A model generated the notes under the pieces. It did no database searches. It saw only the letters and a list, made by a program, of their open reading frames with translations, and was not told where the DNA came from. The position numbers and the translations under genes are program-made. Below, piece by piece: positions 17,596-28,481 of a stretch of DNA of 64,000 nucleotides (the first letter of the stretch is position 1; each line of letters begins with the position of its first letter). This DNA is from Alphaproteobacteria bacterium (GTDB taxonomy: Bacteria > Pseudomonadota > Alphaproteobacteria > UBA828): assembly GCA_965237415.1 (NCBI GenBank), contig CBDEFM010000002.1, forward strand, positions 1,120,001-1,184,000. Direction: 5' to 3'.

Positions 17596-18996
17596 TCATT
17601 CGTCCGACCACAGCCACTCTCCAGGACTCTCGCGCACGCTCCGGTAGTGCTCCTCAGGATCGTACAAGTCGACCGGGAGCCCGAGCTGCCGCGCGGTGAG
17701 TGCACCGACCGCCGCTTTCAACCGATAGGCGGCGACGATCTCCTCCCGCTTCGCCCGGACCAGGTTGAGCTGTGCCTTGAAATGCTCCTGTTCGGCGTCA
17801 AGCACGTCGAGCGTCGTTCGCAGGCCGACCCGTGTCTCTTGCTCGACGCCGTCAAGGGCAACGGCCGCCGCAGCCACCTGAGACTCAAACGCGGTGATCT
17901 GTGCCCGTGCCGCGGTGAGCGCTCTCCAGGCATGGGCAGCTTGCTCTTGCACCGCGCGCCGGGCCTGATCGAGCTCCAGGCGCCGCTGCGCCGCTATCTG
18001 CTTCGACTGGCGGATGCGCGCGTTCGCGGCGCCACCCTGATAGAGCGGCACGCGCACGGTCGCCATCAACGAGGCATCGGCGGTCGATTCGATGAGGTCC
18101 GACGGGTCAAAGCGCTGGCGAACGTTGCCCACGATCGAGACCTGCGGCCTGAGTGCCGAGGCTGCCGTGTCGATATCCGCCTCCGACGCGTGCGCGATGA
18201 ACGACGCCGCGGCGATCGATGGGTTGCCCTCGGCCGCGGCGGCGAGCGCGTCCTCTTCGCTCTCTTGCAGTCCCATGGGGACCGGCGGCCAGGACAGTTT
18301 GCCCGGCGGCTCGCCGGTCACGCGCCGGTAAACGGCCCGGGCCGACATCATGCCGCCCTCCGCCGCGACCCGCTCCGCGCCCGCCTGCGCGAGCCGGGCC
18401 TCGGCCTGAGCCACGTCAGTGCGCGTCACCTCGCCGACATCGAGCCGGTCCTGCGCCGCCTGCAGCTGACGCCGCACCACTCGCTCACTGCTAACGCTGA
18501 GCTCTATTTCGGCCAGATAGCGGAGCACGTCCATGTAGGCGGTCGCCGTGTCGAGCAGGATCGTCTGCTCGACCGCCTGAAGCTGTGCCCGTCCCGCGCT
18601 GACGCGGTTCTCTGCCGATTCGATCTGGGCGGCAACGCGCCCACCCTGGTAAACGGGCGCGACCGCCGTGAGCCCGACGCCGTAGGGGGCGACCGTGCTG
18701 CTCCCGCTGTTGGGAATCATGCCGTCTGTATTGCTGTACAGGGCGCCGACATCCCCCACGATCTCGATCGTGGGGCGCCAGCCGGCCAGCGCCTCCGGCA
18801 CCTCCTCGTCCACCGCCCGCAGGCGTGCACGCTGGGCTTGCAAGGTAGGATTGTTCTGGTAGGCGAGCACGAGCGCCTCTTCCAGGGTCTGCGCAGCGGC
18901 ACTGTGGAATTGCGCCGATGCGCCAACGAGAAGCGCCGCAAAGAGCGCGAAAAGGGCGATCATACCAGTCGCGTAGGTTCGTCGATCGCGAGTCAT
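17596..18996 (-). CDS. tolC: TolC family outer membrane protein
   Basis: Signal peptide, AYQNNPTL, GEVTRTDVAQAEARL, GLRTTLDVLDAEQE; pcm-tolC synteny. Confidence 0.9.
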   Translation of the reverse strand: MTRDRRTYATGMIALFALFAALLVGASAQFHSAAAQTLEEALVLAYQNNPTLQAQRARLRAVDEEVPEALAGWRPTIEIVGDVGALYSNTDGMIPNSGSSTVAPYGVGLTAVAPVYQGGRVAAQIESAENRVSAGRAQLQAVEQTILLDTATAYMDVLRYLAEIELSVSSERVVRRQLQAAQDRLDVGEVTRTDVAQAEARLAQAGAERVAAEGGMMSARAVYRRVTGEPPGKLSWPPVPMGLQESEEDALAAAAEGNPSIAAASFIAHASEADIDTAASALRPQVSIVGNVRQRFDPSDLIESTADASLMATVRVPLYQGGAANARIRQSKQIAAQRRLELDQARRAVQEQAAHAWRALTAARAQITAFESQVAAAAVALDGVEQETRVGLRTTLDVLDAEQEHFKAQLNLVRAKREEIVAAYRLKAAVGALTARQLGLPVDLYDPEEHYRSVRESPGEWLWSDE

Positions 18997-19008
18997 GGGC
19001 CGCTCCCC

Positions 19009-19338
19009 TCAGTAGGTCGGCATGGCGGGATCGACAGCACGCGCCCACGCGTCGATACCGCCTTCCAGATTGACCGCATTGTCGTAGCCGAGCCGCTGCA
19101 GCCATGCCGTGACATGACCGCTTCGCTGGCCGTGGTGGCACAGCACCACCAGCGGGCGGTCTGCTGGCAGCGAGTCGAGCCGATCGGGCAGCTCGTTCAT
19201 GGGGATGGTCATCGCCTCCGGCAGCGCGCCGAGCGCCACCTCCCAGGGCTCGCGCACATCGAGCAGCGCGTAGTCCCCCTGACTCGCGCGCAGCGCCGCG
19301 AAGTCCCCGACCGAAAGCGCCGGCACCTCCCCATCCAT
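19009..19338 (-). CDS. Rhodanese-like domain protein
   Basis: LDVREPWE, CHHGQRS, NLEGGIDAW. Confidence 0.92.
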   Translation of the reverse strand: MDGEVPALSVGDFAALRASQGDYALLDVREPWEVALGALPEAMTIPMNELPDRLDSLPADRPLVVLCHHGQRSGHVTAWLQRLGYDNAVNLEGGIDAWARAVDPAMPTY

Positions 19339-19342
19339 GGTT

Positions 19343-19999
19343 TTAGAACTCAAAGTGCACGGGACGAGCGATGCCGGGAAGCGGCGGAAGCGACGCCTCG
19401 AACAGGCTGCGGCTGGATAGCGCGCCCCGGTGCTTCGCCCAGAGGGTCGCCTGCCCCACCCCACCGGCCTTGCGCAGGACGCCGACAATCCTGCCCCGCT
19501 CGGCCAGTTGGTCCGCCAGCGCTTGCGGCAGGTGATCCACCGCACCGCCCAACAGGATGACGTCATAGGGCGCCTGGCGGGCGCAGCCCTCGGCGAGCGG
19601 GCCGGTCATCACGATCGCGTTGTCGGCGCCCACCGCGCTCAGCGTGCGCTCCGCCTCCGCGGCGAGCGATTTGTCGACGTCCAGTGCGATCACGGTACCG
19701 GCGAGGCGAGCCATGATCGCCGTTGCGTAGCCCGTGCCGCAGCCGACATCGAGGACCATGTCATCGGCCGCTATATTTGACTCCTGGACCAGCCGCGCCA
19801 GCACCATGGGCTCCATCAGGTAGCGGCCGGACGCGATCTTCACGTCCTCGTCCACATAGGCGACGCCCCGCTTGGCGTGCGGAACGAAGCGCTCGCGAGG
19901 GATCTCCTCCATCGCTTCGATGATCCGCTCGTCGGTGACGCGGTTGGTCCTGATCTGGCCCGAGACCATGTTGCGACGGGCGGCGGCGTGGTCGATCAT
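19343..19999 (-). CDS. pcm: Protein-L-isoaspartate O-methyltransferase
   Basis: ARRNMV..QIR, PRERFVP, VLDVGCGTGY, APYDVI. Confidence 0.9.
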   Translation of the reverse strand: MIDHAAARRNMVSGQIRTNRVTDERIIEAMEEIPRERFVPHAKRGVAYVDEDVKIASGRYLMEPMVLARLVQESNIAADDMVLDVGCGTGYATAIMARLAGTVIALDVDKSLAAEAERTLSAVGADNAIVMTGPLAEGCARQAPYDVILLGGAVDHLPQALADQLAERGRIVGVLRKAGGVGQATLWAKHRGALSSRSLFEASLPPLPGIARPVHFEF

Positions 20000-20273
20000 C
20001 TGAGGGAAAACTCGTTGGAGGCAGACGTTGCTACTCCATTCTAGTGCGTGCAGTGCGAGAATGGCAATAAGGCTGCGAGCACGGCACAATGATCAGGGTG
20101 CCGCATCTTACCACATATGTTGCCGAGTTTTCAATATATCGTAGTAGTACACTATTTATAGTCGCTATATGTTGATCGAGTTATGCTCCGAAACACGGTT
20201 ATCCACGAGAAATACTGCGGGGTAGCGGAGCACGGCAGCCGCAATGCGAAAGCGGGACGTGCCGTCTCGACGC

Positions 20274-21257
20274 TCACCGCCGTCGGGCAGCGCTCTTCTT
20301 TTTTGGCTTCGGAGGGAGCCCAAACGGTCCCACCACCAAGTGCCCGCGTTCGTTGAACAGGTAACAGTGCTCAGGCGGGTAGACTGGCATCTCGCCCTCG
20401 CGGCCGATGTGTTCCGGCCAGATGGCGAGGGTGGCGCGCTCGTCCGCGGCCGCATCGTCGGATTCGCAGGCGAGTGTAAGGACCGTACCGTCCTTGAGAC
20501 GCACCGTGAGGGCGTTCTCCTCCGTGCCTATCACGCGCGCGGCGCGGAGCTTGGCGCCGAAGAGCTTTGCGACCTGGCGCGAGGCGGGCCACTGAATGAT
20601 CCTCTGCGGGCTGCCCATCTGCAGCTTTCGCCCTTCGTGGAGGACGACGATCCAGTCGGCGAGCTCGCGCGCCTCCTCGACGGTGCCGGCGGCATAGACC
20701 ACGGTACGGCCGAACTCATCCCTGAGCCGCCGCATCTCGCTGATCGCGAGTTCGCGTATGACCCTGTCCTCCTCCGTCGGCAGTTCGAAGAGGTAGACAC
20801 CGGGGTCGCGCACCAGCGCGCGTGCGAGGCCGATCTGGTAGCACTGGACGTCCGTGAGCCTCTTCGGCCGCTCCGTGAGCACGTCGATCAACCCGAAATG
20901 CTCGCCGACGGCAAGCACACGCGCCTCGATCGTCTCCCTGTCGAAGCGGGCGATCCTGAGCGGATAGGCAATGTTGTCGAAGGCCGTCTTGTGCGGCATC
21001 AGCGCGGCGGAGCGGAAGACCGTCGCCGCTTCGCGCATCCCCTCTTTCTCCCTCAGCACGTCGTCGCCGTCGATCAGGATGGAGCCGCCTTGCGGCTTCT
21101 CGATTCCGGCGATGACCTTGAGCGCCGTCAGGCGGCCCGAGTCGTCATCGCCCAACAGCGCCGTGATGCGGCCCGACGGCGCCTTCATGCTGAGGCCGTC
21201 GAGAATGATGTTCCTTTGATGCCAGCGCTCGACCTTGCGCAGTTCCAGCTCCGCCAT
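20274..21257 (-). CDS. MalK/PotA-like ABC ATPase-fold protein with degenerate catalytic motifs
   Basis: ABC scaffold (IAG.E.P..GSILIDG, DNIAYPLR, LARALV, AD.IVVL..G..LQ.G.P) but Walker A/B, signature, Q-loop and H-switch are altered. Confidence 0.8.
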   Translation of the reverse strand: MAELELRKVERWHQRNIILDGLSMKAPSGRITALLGDDDSGRLTALKVIAGIEKPQGGSILIDGDDVLREKEGMREAATVFRSAALMPHKTAFDNIAYPLRIARFDRETIEARVLAVGEHFGLIDVLTERPKRLTDVQCYQIGLARALVRDPGVYLFELPTEEDRVIRELAISEMRRLRDEFGRTVVYAAGTVEEARELADWIVVLHEGRKLQMGSPQRIIQWPASRQVAKLFGAKLRAARVIGTEENALTVRLKDGTVLTLACESDDAAADERATLAIWPEHIGREGEMPVYPPEHCYLFNERGHLVVGPFGLPPKPKKKSAARRR

Positions 21258-21268
21258 ACCCTGCTCCG

Positions 21269-22315
21269 TTACACTTCAAGCACAACCTTGCCGAAGACGG
21301 CGCGCGCTGCGAGACGCTCGTGCGCCGTGCGCATTTCCGCCAACGGCAGGACCTCGCCGATCACCGGCCTGAGCTTGCCCTGCTCCATCAGGCGCAGGAC
21401 CTCGCTGTTGGTGGACTTCGGCGCGAAATGGCAGCTCGTCATGGTGATCTGCTTGCGGAAGAACTCGATCATATCGATCTCGACCTTCTCGCCCGCATGC
21501 GCGCCGCAGGTGGCCAGCCGCCCGTTGAGCGCGAGCGCGTCGAGGCTCTGCTGCAGCACCGACCCGCCCACCATCTCGATGCAGACATCGACGCCGCGGC
21601 CATCGGTGAGGCCGCGCACGGCCTCGCCGATCGCCGGGGTCTCGTTGTAGTTGATCACCTCGTCGGCGCCTAGCTGGCGCGCGCGTGCGAGCTTGTCGTC
21701 GGAGCCGGCGGTGGCGATCACCCGCGCCCCTGCAACGCGGGCACACTGGATCGCGGCCGAGCCGACGCCGCTGCCGGCGGCGTTGATGAGCACGTCCTCG
21801 CCCTGGCGCACCTGCGCCTTCTTCACCACAAGCTCCCAGGCGGTGGCGAAGGCGACCTGCCCCGCCGCCGCATCCAGCGCCGAGACGCCGTCGGGAATAC
21901 GAATCACATTGTGGTGGGAGACATTTACATATTCCGCGTAGGTGCCCCAACAGGTCACGCCCAGCTTCTCGAAGTCGAGGCAGATGTTGTCCATGCCGAG
22001 CGCGCAGTTGCACACCTTGTGCCGGCAGAGGCCGGACGTGAAGGTGAGGAAGGGCATGACCCGGTCGCCGGGGCGAAAGGCAGTCACCGCGGAACCCACC
22101 TCGGCGACAGTGCCCGCGCCCTCGACACCGAGGATGTGAGGCATGTCCAGGCTGAGATATCCCGAGATGCCGTCGCACACGTCGAGGTCGAAGTGGTTGA
22201 GACCGACCGTCTCCAGGTTGATGAGGACGTCCTCAGGCCCGACCGCCGGTGTCTCGATGTCTTCGTAGACGAGTTCTTCCGGCCCGCCGTGACGGTGGAT
22301 GACGACCGCCTTCAT
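21269..22315 (-). CDS. MDR family zinc-binding dehydrogenase / quinone oxidoreductase
   Basis: MKAVVIHRHGGPE, PHILGVEGAG, structural Cys cluster, AAGSGVG. Confidence 0.9.
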   Translation of the reverse strand: MKAVVIHRHGGPEELVYEDIETPAVGPEDVLINLETVGLNHFDLDVCDGISGYLSLDMPHILGVEGAGTVAEVGSAVTAFRPGDRVMPFLTFTSGLCRHKVCNCALGMDNICLDFEKLGVTCWGTYAEYVNVSHHNVIRIPDGVSALDAAAGQVAFATAWELVVKKAQVRQGEDVLINAAGSGVGSAAIQCARVAGARVIATAGSDDKLARARQLGADEVINYNETPAIGEAVRGLTDGRGVDVCIEMVGGSVLQQSLDALALNGRLATCGAHAGEKVEIDMIEFFRKQITMTSCHFAPKSTNSEVLRLMEQGKLRPVIGEVLPLAEMRTAHERLAARAVFGKVVLEV

Positions 22316-22845
22316 GCCTGCTTGCTCCGTTCGACTGCGGCCCCTGCCCGCGAACGGGCCGGGTACTCGGCTTCCGCGACCCTCTCGCTCTGGTCCGCAT
22401 CGGGCGGCCCCTTGAGCTCGACCGTATTGCCGTCCGGGTCGGTGAGGTAGAGCGAAGGGCCGTGGCCGTCGGCGCCGTAGCGCCGTGCCGTCTCGCCCGT
22501 CTCCACGCCGCGCCGCTTGAAGTAGCGGCGGAGCTTCTTCTCGTCGAAGGCGGCAAGTCTCAGCGCGAAGTGCTCCATGTTGCGCCGCGTCTTGCCCGGG
22601 GCCGCGCCGCCCGGCTTGCCGGCCTTGCTGTCGACGGGGACAAGATCGATCAGGTTCGTGCCGGCGCGCAGTTGGTAGAGCCCGAAGTTCTCGATGCGCC
22701 GCTCGACGGTGCAGCCTAACACCCGCTTGTACCAGTCGATCGAGGCCTCGATGTCCGCGACCCGGAGCACGACATGGTCCAGTCCAAGCACCTCGACGGG
22801 ACTCGATCGCGCGGCGGCAGGCACAGTCCAGGGCCTCGGACACAA
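22312..22845 (-). CDS. VOC/glyoxalase family protein
   Basis: LDHVVLRV, HFAL, SLYLTDPDGNTVELK; start uncertain. Confidence 0.88.
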   Translation of the reverse strand: MCPRPWTVPAAARSSPVEVLGLDHVVLRVADIEASIDWYKRVLGCTVERRIENFGLYQLRAGTNLIDLVPVDSKAGKPGGAAPGKTRRNMEHFALRLAAFDEKKLRRYFKRRGVETGETARRYGADGHGPSLYLTDPDGNTVELKGPPDADQSERVAEAEYPARSRAGAAVERSKQA

Positions 22846-22857
22846 GCGGCGCGGCGC

Positions 22858-23688
22858 TCAGGCTGCAATCAGCCGGGCGCTCTGGCGCTCGCGCGGGGTC
22901 TCCCGCATCACCGCAGCCATGTCGGGCTTGTCGTCGGCGCCAAAGGGGGCGAGATGGCGGCCGGTGAACGACACCTCGAGGCCGTCGTCGCGGAAGGGAT
23001 AGGGGTCGAGGCTGTATACCCCATCGCCCAGCGCGCGGACCTCGACACTGACATCGTCGTCGACCCCGCGCGGCACGTTGGCAAAGGTGCTCTCGCCGCG
23101 TCCCTCCGGATGCACGCAGTTGAAATAGAGCGCGAAGGTATCGAAGAACTGCAGCGCCTTGTAGTTGGCGAAGAGCCGCTCTTCCTCGACCCAGGGTGCG
23201 GTATTGGGATCGTCCTGCAGCACGGCGGTGAGCCGCTCCTGGCGCTGGCGCTCGGTGGTTAGCATGGTTTCGGCGGCGAGGCGGTGCTGCTCCGGCACGA
23301 TGTCGATCAGCACCTTGTCCGAGAGCCCGTAGCGTCCGTTGTAGAGGCCCCAGATGTGCATGCTGTCCAGCAGCCCGCAATAGGCGTGGTGCGCCTCGTT
23401 GTACTCGGGCGAGCGGCAGCCGGTCAGCGTGATGATGGGGATCGGCGTCTCCACCAGGTTGTAAGGCAGCCCGGTCTCGGGGTCGAGCGGCGGGTTGTCG
23501 TCCAGGTCCTTCCAGCCCTTGTCGTGCCAACGGCAGGCATAGAGGAAGTAGTCGCGCGGCTCGGGCCGAGCGAAGGTGTCGTTGCCGAAATTCTCGGCGA
23601 GCTGGCTCGCCAATTGGAGATGCTCGTCGAGGGTGATGGCGAAACGGGCGCCGTCCTTCCGCTCTTCAGCCTGGGTCTGGATGATCAT
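22858..23688 (-). CDS. DUF3891 family protein
   Basis: H..LA.QLA..FGN, HDKGW...D..P.LDP.TG.P, SMH, D..ALYF. Confidence 0.8.
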   Translation of the reverse strand: MIIQTQAEERKDGARFAITLDEHLQLASQLAENFGNDTFARPEPRDYFLYACRWHDKGWKDLDDNPPLDPETGLPYNLVETPIPIITLTGCRSPEYNEAHHAYCGLLDSMHIWGLYNGRYGLSDKVLIDIVPEQHRLAAETMLTTERQRQERLTAVLQDDPNTAPWVEEERLFANYKALQFFDTFALYFNCVHPEGRGESTFANVPRGVDDDVSVEVRALGDGVYSLDPYPFRDDGLEVSFTGRHLAPFGADDKPDMAAVMRETPRERQSARLIAA

Positions 23689-23779
23689 GGCGTCCCCCCT
23701 GCGCTCCCATCGTCCGCATCGGTGGTAAAGCCTGGGCGACCCTAGCAAAGGCGGGGGAACGAGTCACGGCGAGCGCGGG

Positions 23780-26059
23780 TCACATGAAGCTGTGGGGGTC
23801 GATATCCACTTGGAGGTGAGCGCGGGTGCGTCGGTCGAGAGACTCCAGCCATCGCCTCAGATGAGGCTGGAGCAGCACGCCGCGCGGCGCCTTGAAGAGG
23901 AGGCGGAAGCGATGGCGCCCGCGCAGCAGCTTGAGCGGTGCAGGCGCAGGCCCCAACACCTGGAAGCCGAGGCTCTTCTCCTCGGCACGCGCGGTGCGGG
24001 CGAGAGCGGATGCGGCGCGCAGCGTCTCGGCCTCGTTCGGGCCGGACGCGATAACCGCCACGAGGCGGCCGTAGGGCGGAAGGCCGTGGGTCTCGCGCGC
24101 CGCCGCCTCGCGCGCCATGAAGGAATCGCGGTCGCCGACGGCGAGCGCCGTCATTACCGGGTGCTCGGCGGCATAGGTCTGAAGTACGACCCGGCCGGGG
24201 CGCCCGCCGCGCCCGGCGCGACCCCCCACCTGATGAAGCAGCTGATAGGTGCGCTCGGCCGCACGCATGTCGCCGCCCGCAAGTCCCAGATCGGCATCCA
24301 CCACGCCCACAAGCGTGAGCTGCGGGAAGTGATGCCCCTTGGCCACCATTTGCGTGCCGATGAGCACGTCGACCTCATGGGCCGCGATGGCATCGACCAG
24401 GTCTTGCACCTGGCTGGGTCCGCGCACCGTATCGCTTGTGAGCACCACCCAGCGGGCGCCAGGGAAAGCGCGGTCCACCTCTTCGGCGAGCCGCTCGACT
24501 CCCGGACCGCAGGCAGCGAAGCGGTCCTCCGCCTCGCAAGCCGGGCAGGCCCCGGGCAGACCCCGCCGGTAGCCGCAATGATGGCAATCGAGCGTGCCGG
24601 CGAAGCGATGCTCCACCAACCAGGCGCTGCAGTTCGGGCAATGGAAGCGATGACCGCACGCCCGGCAGAGCGTAAGTGGCGCGTAACCCCTGCGGTTGAG
24701 GAAGAGCAGCGCCTGCTCGCCGGCCTCCAGGGTCTCTGCGAGGGCCGCGCGTAGCGCCGGGGCGAGCCACGCGCCCCGTTCCGGCGGCGTCTCGCGCAGG
24801 TCGACCGTTTCGATGGCGGGCAGCCGTGCGCCGCCGTGGCGATCAGGCAACCGCACGCGGCCATAGCGGCCATTCTCGATATTGACCACGGTCTCCAGGG
24901 ACGGCGTGGCCGAAACCAGAACGACAGGGCGCCCCTCCAGGCGCGCGCGGACGACCGCCATGTCGCGGGCGTGATAGACGACACCGTCCTCCTGCTTGAA
25001 GGCGGCGTCGTGCTCCTCATCGACGACGATCAAACCGAGCGATGGAAAGGGCAGCCACAGCGCGGACCGGGCGCCGACCACGACCTCTGCCCGGCCCTCG
25101 GCGACGGCGCGCCAGGTCTCGCGGCGCTGGCGCGTGCCGAGCTCGGAATGCCAAACCGCGGGCTCCACACCGAAGCGTGCGCGAAAGCGCCCCAGCCACT
25201 GAGCGCTGAGCGCGATCTCGGGCAGCATCACCACCACCTGATGGCCTGCATCGAGCGCCGCGGCGACGGCCTCGAAATAGACCTCGGTCTTGCCGGCGCC
25301 GGTTACGCCGTCGAGCACGGTGACCGAGAATTCCCGGGCGGCGACTGCCTCTCGCAGCGCGTTAGCGGCGTCTGCTTGCGCATCGGACAAGATCGGGCCG
25401 GCACGGCGCGTATCGGGGCGGCCAAAGGCAGAGACCTCGCGCACCGAGACCGCCTCGACCGCGCCGAGGGCAGCCAGGCCGCGCACCACGGCGGTTCCCA
25501 CATTGGCTTTGCGCGCGATCTCGGCGGCAGTGCGCGGCGGCCCGTCCTGCAAAAACGCGAGCACGCGACTTCGGGCTTCCGTCATGCGCGGTGCCTCGTC
25601 CTGCCCGCGCCGGTACGCGGTCCGCATCGGCGGCGGCTCCACGGCGGCAGGCACGCTCATCGCCATACGCAGAACGGCGCCGCGCTGTGCAAGCGTATAG
25701 TCGGCCGCCCAATCGACCAGGCGACGGAGCGGCGAGGTCATCGGCGGCGACTCCAGCACCGCCGTCACCGGCTTGAGACGCGCCGGCTCCACGTCGCCTT
25801 CGCCCTCGCCCCAGACCACGCCGATGCGCTCCACCCTGCCGAGCGGCACGCGCACGAAGGAGCCGGGCGCAATGTCGGCCCCAAGCTCTTCCGGCACGGC
25901 GTAGTCGTAAACGCGGTCGAGCGGCAGCGGCAGCAGGACGGCGACGGTAGCGGGTGGAGGCGTAGATGGGCGCGCGCTTGCGCTCCTCGCTTCCCGGTCG
26001 CTCGATCGGCTCACGGCACCTGATCCCCAGCGCCGGAATGGTAACGGCGTGCGGGACAT
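23780..26059 (-). CDS. priA: Primosomal protein N'
   Basis: [20 protein letters not shown], Cys clusters, [12 protein letters not shown]; true start may be downstream (e.g. GTG 26014). Confidence 0.96.
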   Translation of the reverse strand: MSRTPLPFRRWGSGAVSRSSDREARSASARPSTPPPATVAVLLPLPLDRVYDYAVPEELGADIAPGSFVRVPLGRVERIGVVWGEGEGDVEPARLKPVTAVLESPPMTSPLRRLVDWAADYTLAQRGAVLRMAMSVPAAVEPPPMRTAYRRGQDEAPRMTEARSRVLAFLQDGPPRTAAEIARKANVGTAVVRGLAALGAVEAVSVREVSAFGRPDTRRAGPILSDAQADAANALREAVAAREFSVTVLDGVTGAGKTEVYFEAVAAALDAGHQVVVMLPEIALSAQWLGRFRARFGVEPAVWHSELGTRQRRETWRAVAEGRAEVVVGARSALWLPFPSLGLIVVDEEHDAAFKQEDGVVYHARDMAVVRARLEGRPVVLVSATPSLETVVNIENGRYGRVRLPDRHGGARLPAIETVDLRETPPERGAWLAPALRAALAETLEAGEQALLFLNRRGYAPLTLCRACGHRFHCPNCSAWLVEHRFAGTLDCHHCGYRRGLPGACPACEAEDRFAACGPGVERLAEEVDRAFPGARWVVLTSDTVRGPSQVQDLVDAIAAHEVDVLIGTQMVAKGHHFPQLTLVGVVDADLGLAGGDMRAAERTYQLLHQVGGRAGRGGRPGRVVLQTYAAEHPVMTALAVGDRDSFMAREAAARETHGLPPYGRLVAVIASGPNEAETLRAASALARTARAEEKSLGFQVLGPAPAPLKLLRGRHRFRLLFKAPRGVLLQPHLRRWLESLDRRTRAHLQVDIDPHSFM

Positions 26060-26214
26060 GCTATGAGGCCGCCCGCGTTACTCGCCGGCCCGGAGCCGAT
26101 TCGAGTCGTGGATGCTGCGGTCATGCTCTCGTCCTGCAACACTCCCGCGACGGCGTCCAGCCCGATGGCTCGAAAGGCCGGCGCAGGACGAAGGATCTCG
26201 GACGGAGCGGCGGC

Positions 26215-26877
26215 ATGAAGTTTTTCGTAGATACGGCGGACATTGCCGAAATCGAAGATCTGGCGGCGACCGGCCTGCTCGACGGTGTGACCACCAATCC
26301 CTCGCTCATCGCCAAGTCGGGCGGCGACTTCTTCGACGTGATCCGGAACATCTGCGACATCGTGCCGGGCCCCGTAAGCGCCGAGGTCACTGCGACCGAT
26401 GTCGAAACCATGCTCTCCGAAGGCCGTGCGCTCGCTGCCATCGCGCCCAATGTCGCAGTCAAGGTGCCGCTCACCTGGGACGGCCTGAAGGCCTGTCGGG
26501 CGCTCAGCCAGGGCGGCACCAAGGTGAATGTCACCCTCTGCTTCTCACCCTCCCAGGCGTTGCTGGCGGCGAAGGCGGGTGCTGCCTTCATCTCGCCCTT
26601 CGTCGGCCGGCTCGACGATATCAGCCAGGATGGGATGGGCCTGATCCGCGAGATCGCGACGATCTACCGCGCCTACCCCGATACCATCAGCACCGAGATC
26701 CTGGTCGCCTCGATCCGCCACCCGCTCCACGTCGTGGAGGCCGCGAAGCTCGGCGCCGATGTGGCGACGGTGCCGCCGGGCGTGCTGCGGAAGCTCGCGA
26801 GCCACCCGCTCACCGACAAGGGGCTCGACGCCTTCCTCGCAGACTGGCAGAAGACGGGCCAGTCGATCCTCTCATGA
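26215..26877 (+). CDS. fsa: Fructose-6-phosphate aldolase / transaldolase
   Basis: [34 protein letters not shown]. Confidence 0.93.
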   Translation: MKFFVDTADIAEIEDLAATGLLDGVTTNPSLIAKSGGDFFDVIRNICDIVPGPVSAEVTATDVETMLSEGRALAAIAPNVAVKVPLTWDGLKACRALSQGGTKVNVTLCFSPSQALLAAKAGAAFISPFVGRLDDISQDGMGLIREIATIYRAYPDTISTEILVASIRHPLHVVEAAKLGADVATVPPGVLRKLASHPLTDKGLDAFLADWQKTGQSILS

Positions 26878-27833
26878 CCGGGCCGGCGAGCGGGCCGATG
26901 CCGGCCGCCGCCGACCTCGCTATGGCGGTCGACACCTGGCTCGGCCGCCTCGCCAATGAGCGGCGACGCTCCGACCACACGATCGCCGCCTACCGGCGGG
27001 ACCTCGACGAGTTTCTGCGCTTCCTCGCGGAACATCGGGGTGGAGCGCCCGATCTCGCGGCTCTCGCTGCGCTCAGCGTGCGCGACCTGCGCGGCTGGCT
27101 CGCGCGGCGGGCGGCGGAAGGCCGCGCACGGACCTCGACCGCCCGGGCGCTCTCGGCGGTTCGCGTCTTCTTCCGCCATCTCGAGCGCGAGGGTGTTCCC
27201 GTCTCCTCGGCGCTCTCACTGGTGCGCGCGCCGCGCACGCCGCGCGGCGTGCCCCGGCCGCTCACCGAGGGCCAGGCCAAGGCTGTCGTCGATCCGAACG
27301 CGCTAAGCGCCGGGCCGCCCGACTGGATCGCCCGCCGGGATACCGCGGTGCTGCTGCTGCTCTACGGCTGCGGGCTCCGCATCGGCGAGGCATTGACCCT
27401 CGATCGTGCCGACGCGCCGGCCGCCGATTCCGAGCTCCACAGCCTGATGATCACGGGCAAGGGCAACAAGCAGCGGGTGGTGCCGGTGCTACCCGTCGTG
27501 GCCGAAGCGATCAACGACTATCTCGCCGCCTGCCCGCACCGGCTGGAGCCAGGCGATCCCCTCTTCGTCGGCGTGCGCGGCAAGCGGCTTCAGCCCCGCC
27601 TGGTGCAGCAGACGATGGCGCGGCTGCGCGGCGCGCTCGGCCTGCCGGCTTCTGCGACCCCGCACGCGCTCCGCCACAGCTTCGCCACCCATCTGCTCGC
27701 AGGCGGCGGCGATCTGCGCACGATCCAGGAGCTCCTCGGGCACGCCAGCCTCTCGACCACGCAGCGCTACACGGAGGTCGACGAAGCCGGGCTTCTCGCC
27801 GCCTACACGGCGGCGCATCCGCGGGCCAATTAG
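26874..27833 (+). CDS. xerC: Tyrosine recombinase XerC
   Basis: [42 protein letters not shown]; priA-fsa-xerC synteny. Confidence 0.92.
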   Translation: MTGPASGPMPAAADLAMAVDTWLGRLANERRRSDHTIAAYRRDLDEFLRFLAEHRGGAPDLAALAALSVRDLRGWLARRAAEGRARTSTARALSAVRVFFRHLEREGVPVSSALSLVRAPRTPRGVPRPLTEGQAKAVVDPNALSAGPPDWIARRDTAVLLLLYGCGLRIGEALTLDRADAPAADSELHSLMITGKGNKQRVVPVLPVVAEAINDYLAACPHRLEPGDPLFVGVRGKRLQPRLVQQTMARLRGALGLPASATPHALRHSFATHLLAGGGDLRTIQELLGHASLSTTQRYTEVDEAGLLAAYTAAHPRAN

Positions 27834-27864
27834 TCTCCTGCCCCGGCGCCGTGCGGGGCCGGGA

Positions 27865-28416
27865 TCAGGCGACGACGCTCAGGCGGCCTTGTGCCGGCTT
27901 GAGCGACTCGATGTGGGCGAGCATGGTCTCGGCGTCGGAGACCTCGAAGGGGTCGCCCGGCGCGTTGTCGCAAAGCCCCGGCTCCACGAACATCTTCGTA
28001 ATCTCGCCGTCCTCGACCAGCATGGAGTAACGCCAGCTGCGCAGGCCGAAGCCGAGATTGTCCTTGTCCACCAGCATGCCCATGCGGCGGCTGAAGGTGC
28101 CGCAGCCATCCGGCAGCAGGGTGACGTGCTGGACCCCCTGATACTTCCCCCACTGGTACATGACGAAAGCGTCATTGACGGAGAGGCAGATCACCTCGTC
28201 GATGCCGGCATCCATGAAGCAGTGGTGCAGCGCGTCGTAGCCCGGCAGATGGGTCGAGCTGCAGGTCGGCGTGAAGGCGCCTGGGAGTGCGAAGAGCATC
28301 ACCCGGCGGCCGGCGAAGATCTCGGCGCTGGTCCGGTCCTGCCAGCGGAAGGGGTTCGGCCCCTCGACGCTCTCGTCACGGACGCGGGTCTTGAATGTCA
28401 CCTCGGGTACACGCAT
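27865..28416 (-). CDS. Peroxiredoxin (Prx5 type)
   Basis: LPGAFTPTCS..HLPGY, SVNDAFVM..W, GFGLRSWRYSM. Confidence 0.93.
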   Translation of the reverse strand: MRVPEVTFKTRVRDESVEGPNPFRWQDRTSAEIFAGRRVMLFALPGAFTPTCSSTHLPGYDALHHCFMDAGIDEVICLSVNDAFVMYQWGKYQGVQHVTLLPDGCGTFSRRMGMLVDKDNLGFGLRSWRYSMLVEDGEITKMFVEPGLCDNAPGDPFEVSDAETMLAHIESLKPAQGRLSVVA

Positions 28417-28451
28417 AGCACTTGCTCCTGATCCGGAATGTGTTCTGAGAT

Positions 28452-28481
28452 GCAAATTAGAACTATTATTATTATAGTCAA
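28452..28481 (-). promoter_or_regulatory. Putative sigma70 promoter overlapped by a Fur-family (Irr/ICE-like) box
   Basis: TTGACT-16 nt-TAATTT on the minus strand; ATTAGAACTATTATTAT (28456-28472) matches 13/17 of TTTRGAAYNRTTCYAAA. Confidence 0.45.

Noticed and set aside
20100-20210. Calling oriC as a feature
   Set aside because: Only one imperfect DnaA box and no usual origin-flanking genes; kept only as a low-confidence finding
21269-23530. Apparent long fusion ORFs (753 aa; also 26112-27833 and 47320-49011)
   Set aside because: The N-terminal extensions overlap other real genes in different frames; true starts are downstream
26874-27833. Tyrosine recombinase as the prophage integrase or cassette invertase
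   Set aside because: It is XerC-like, in housekeeping priA-fsa-xerC synteny, 14 kb from the phage genes
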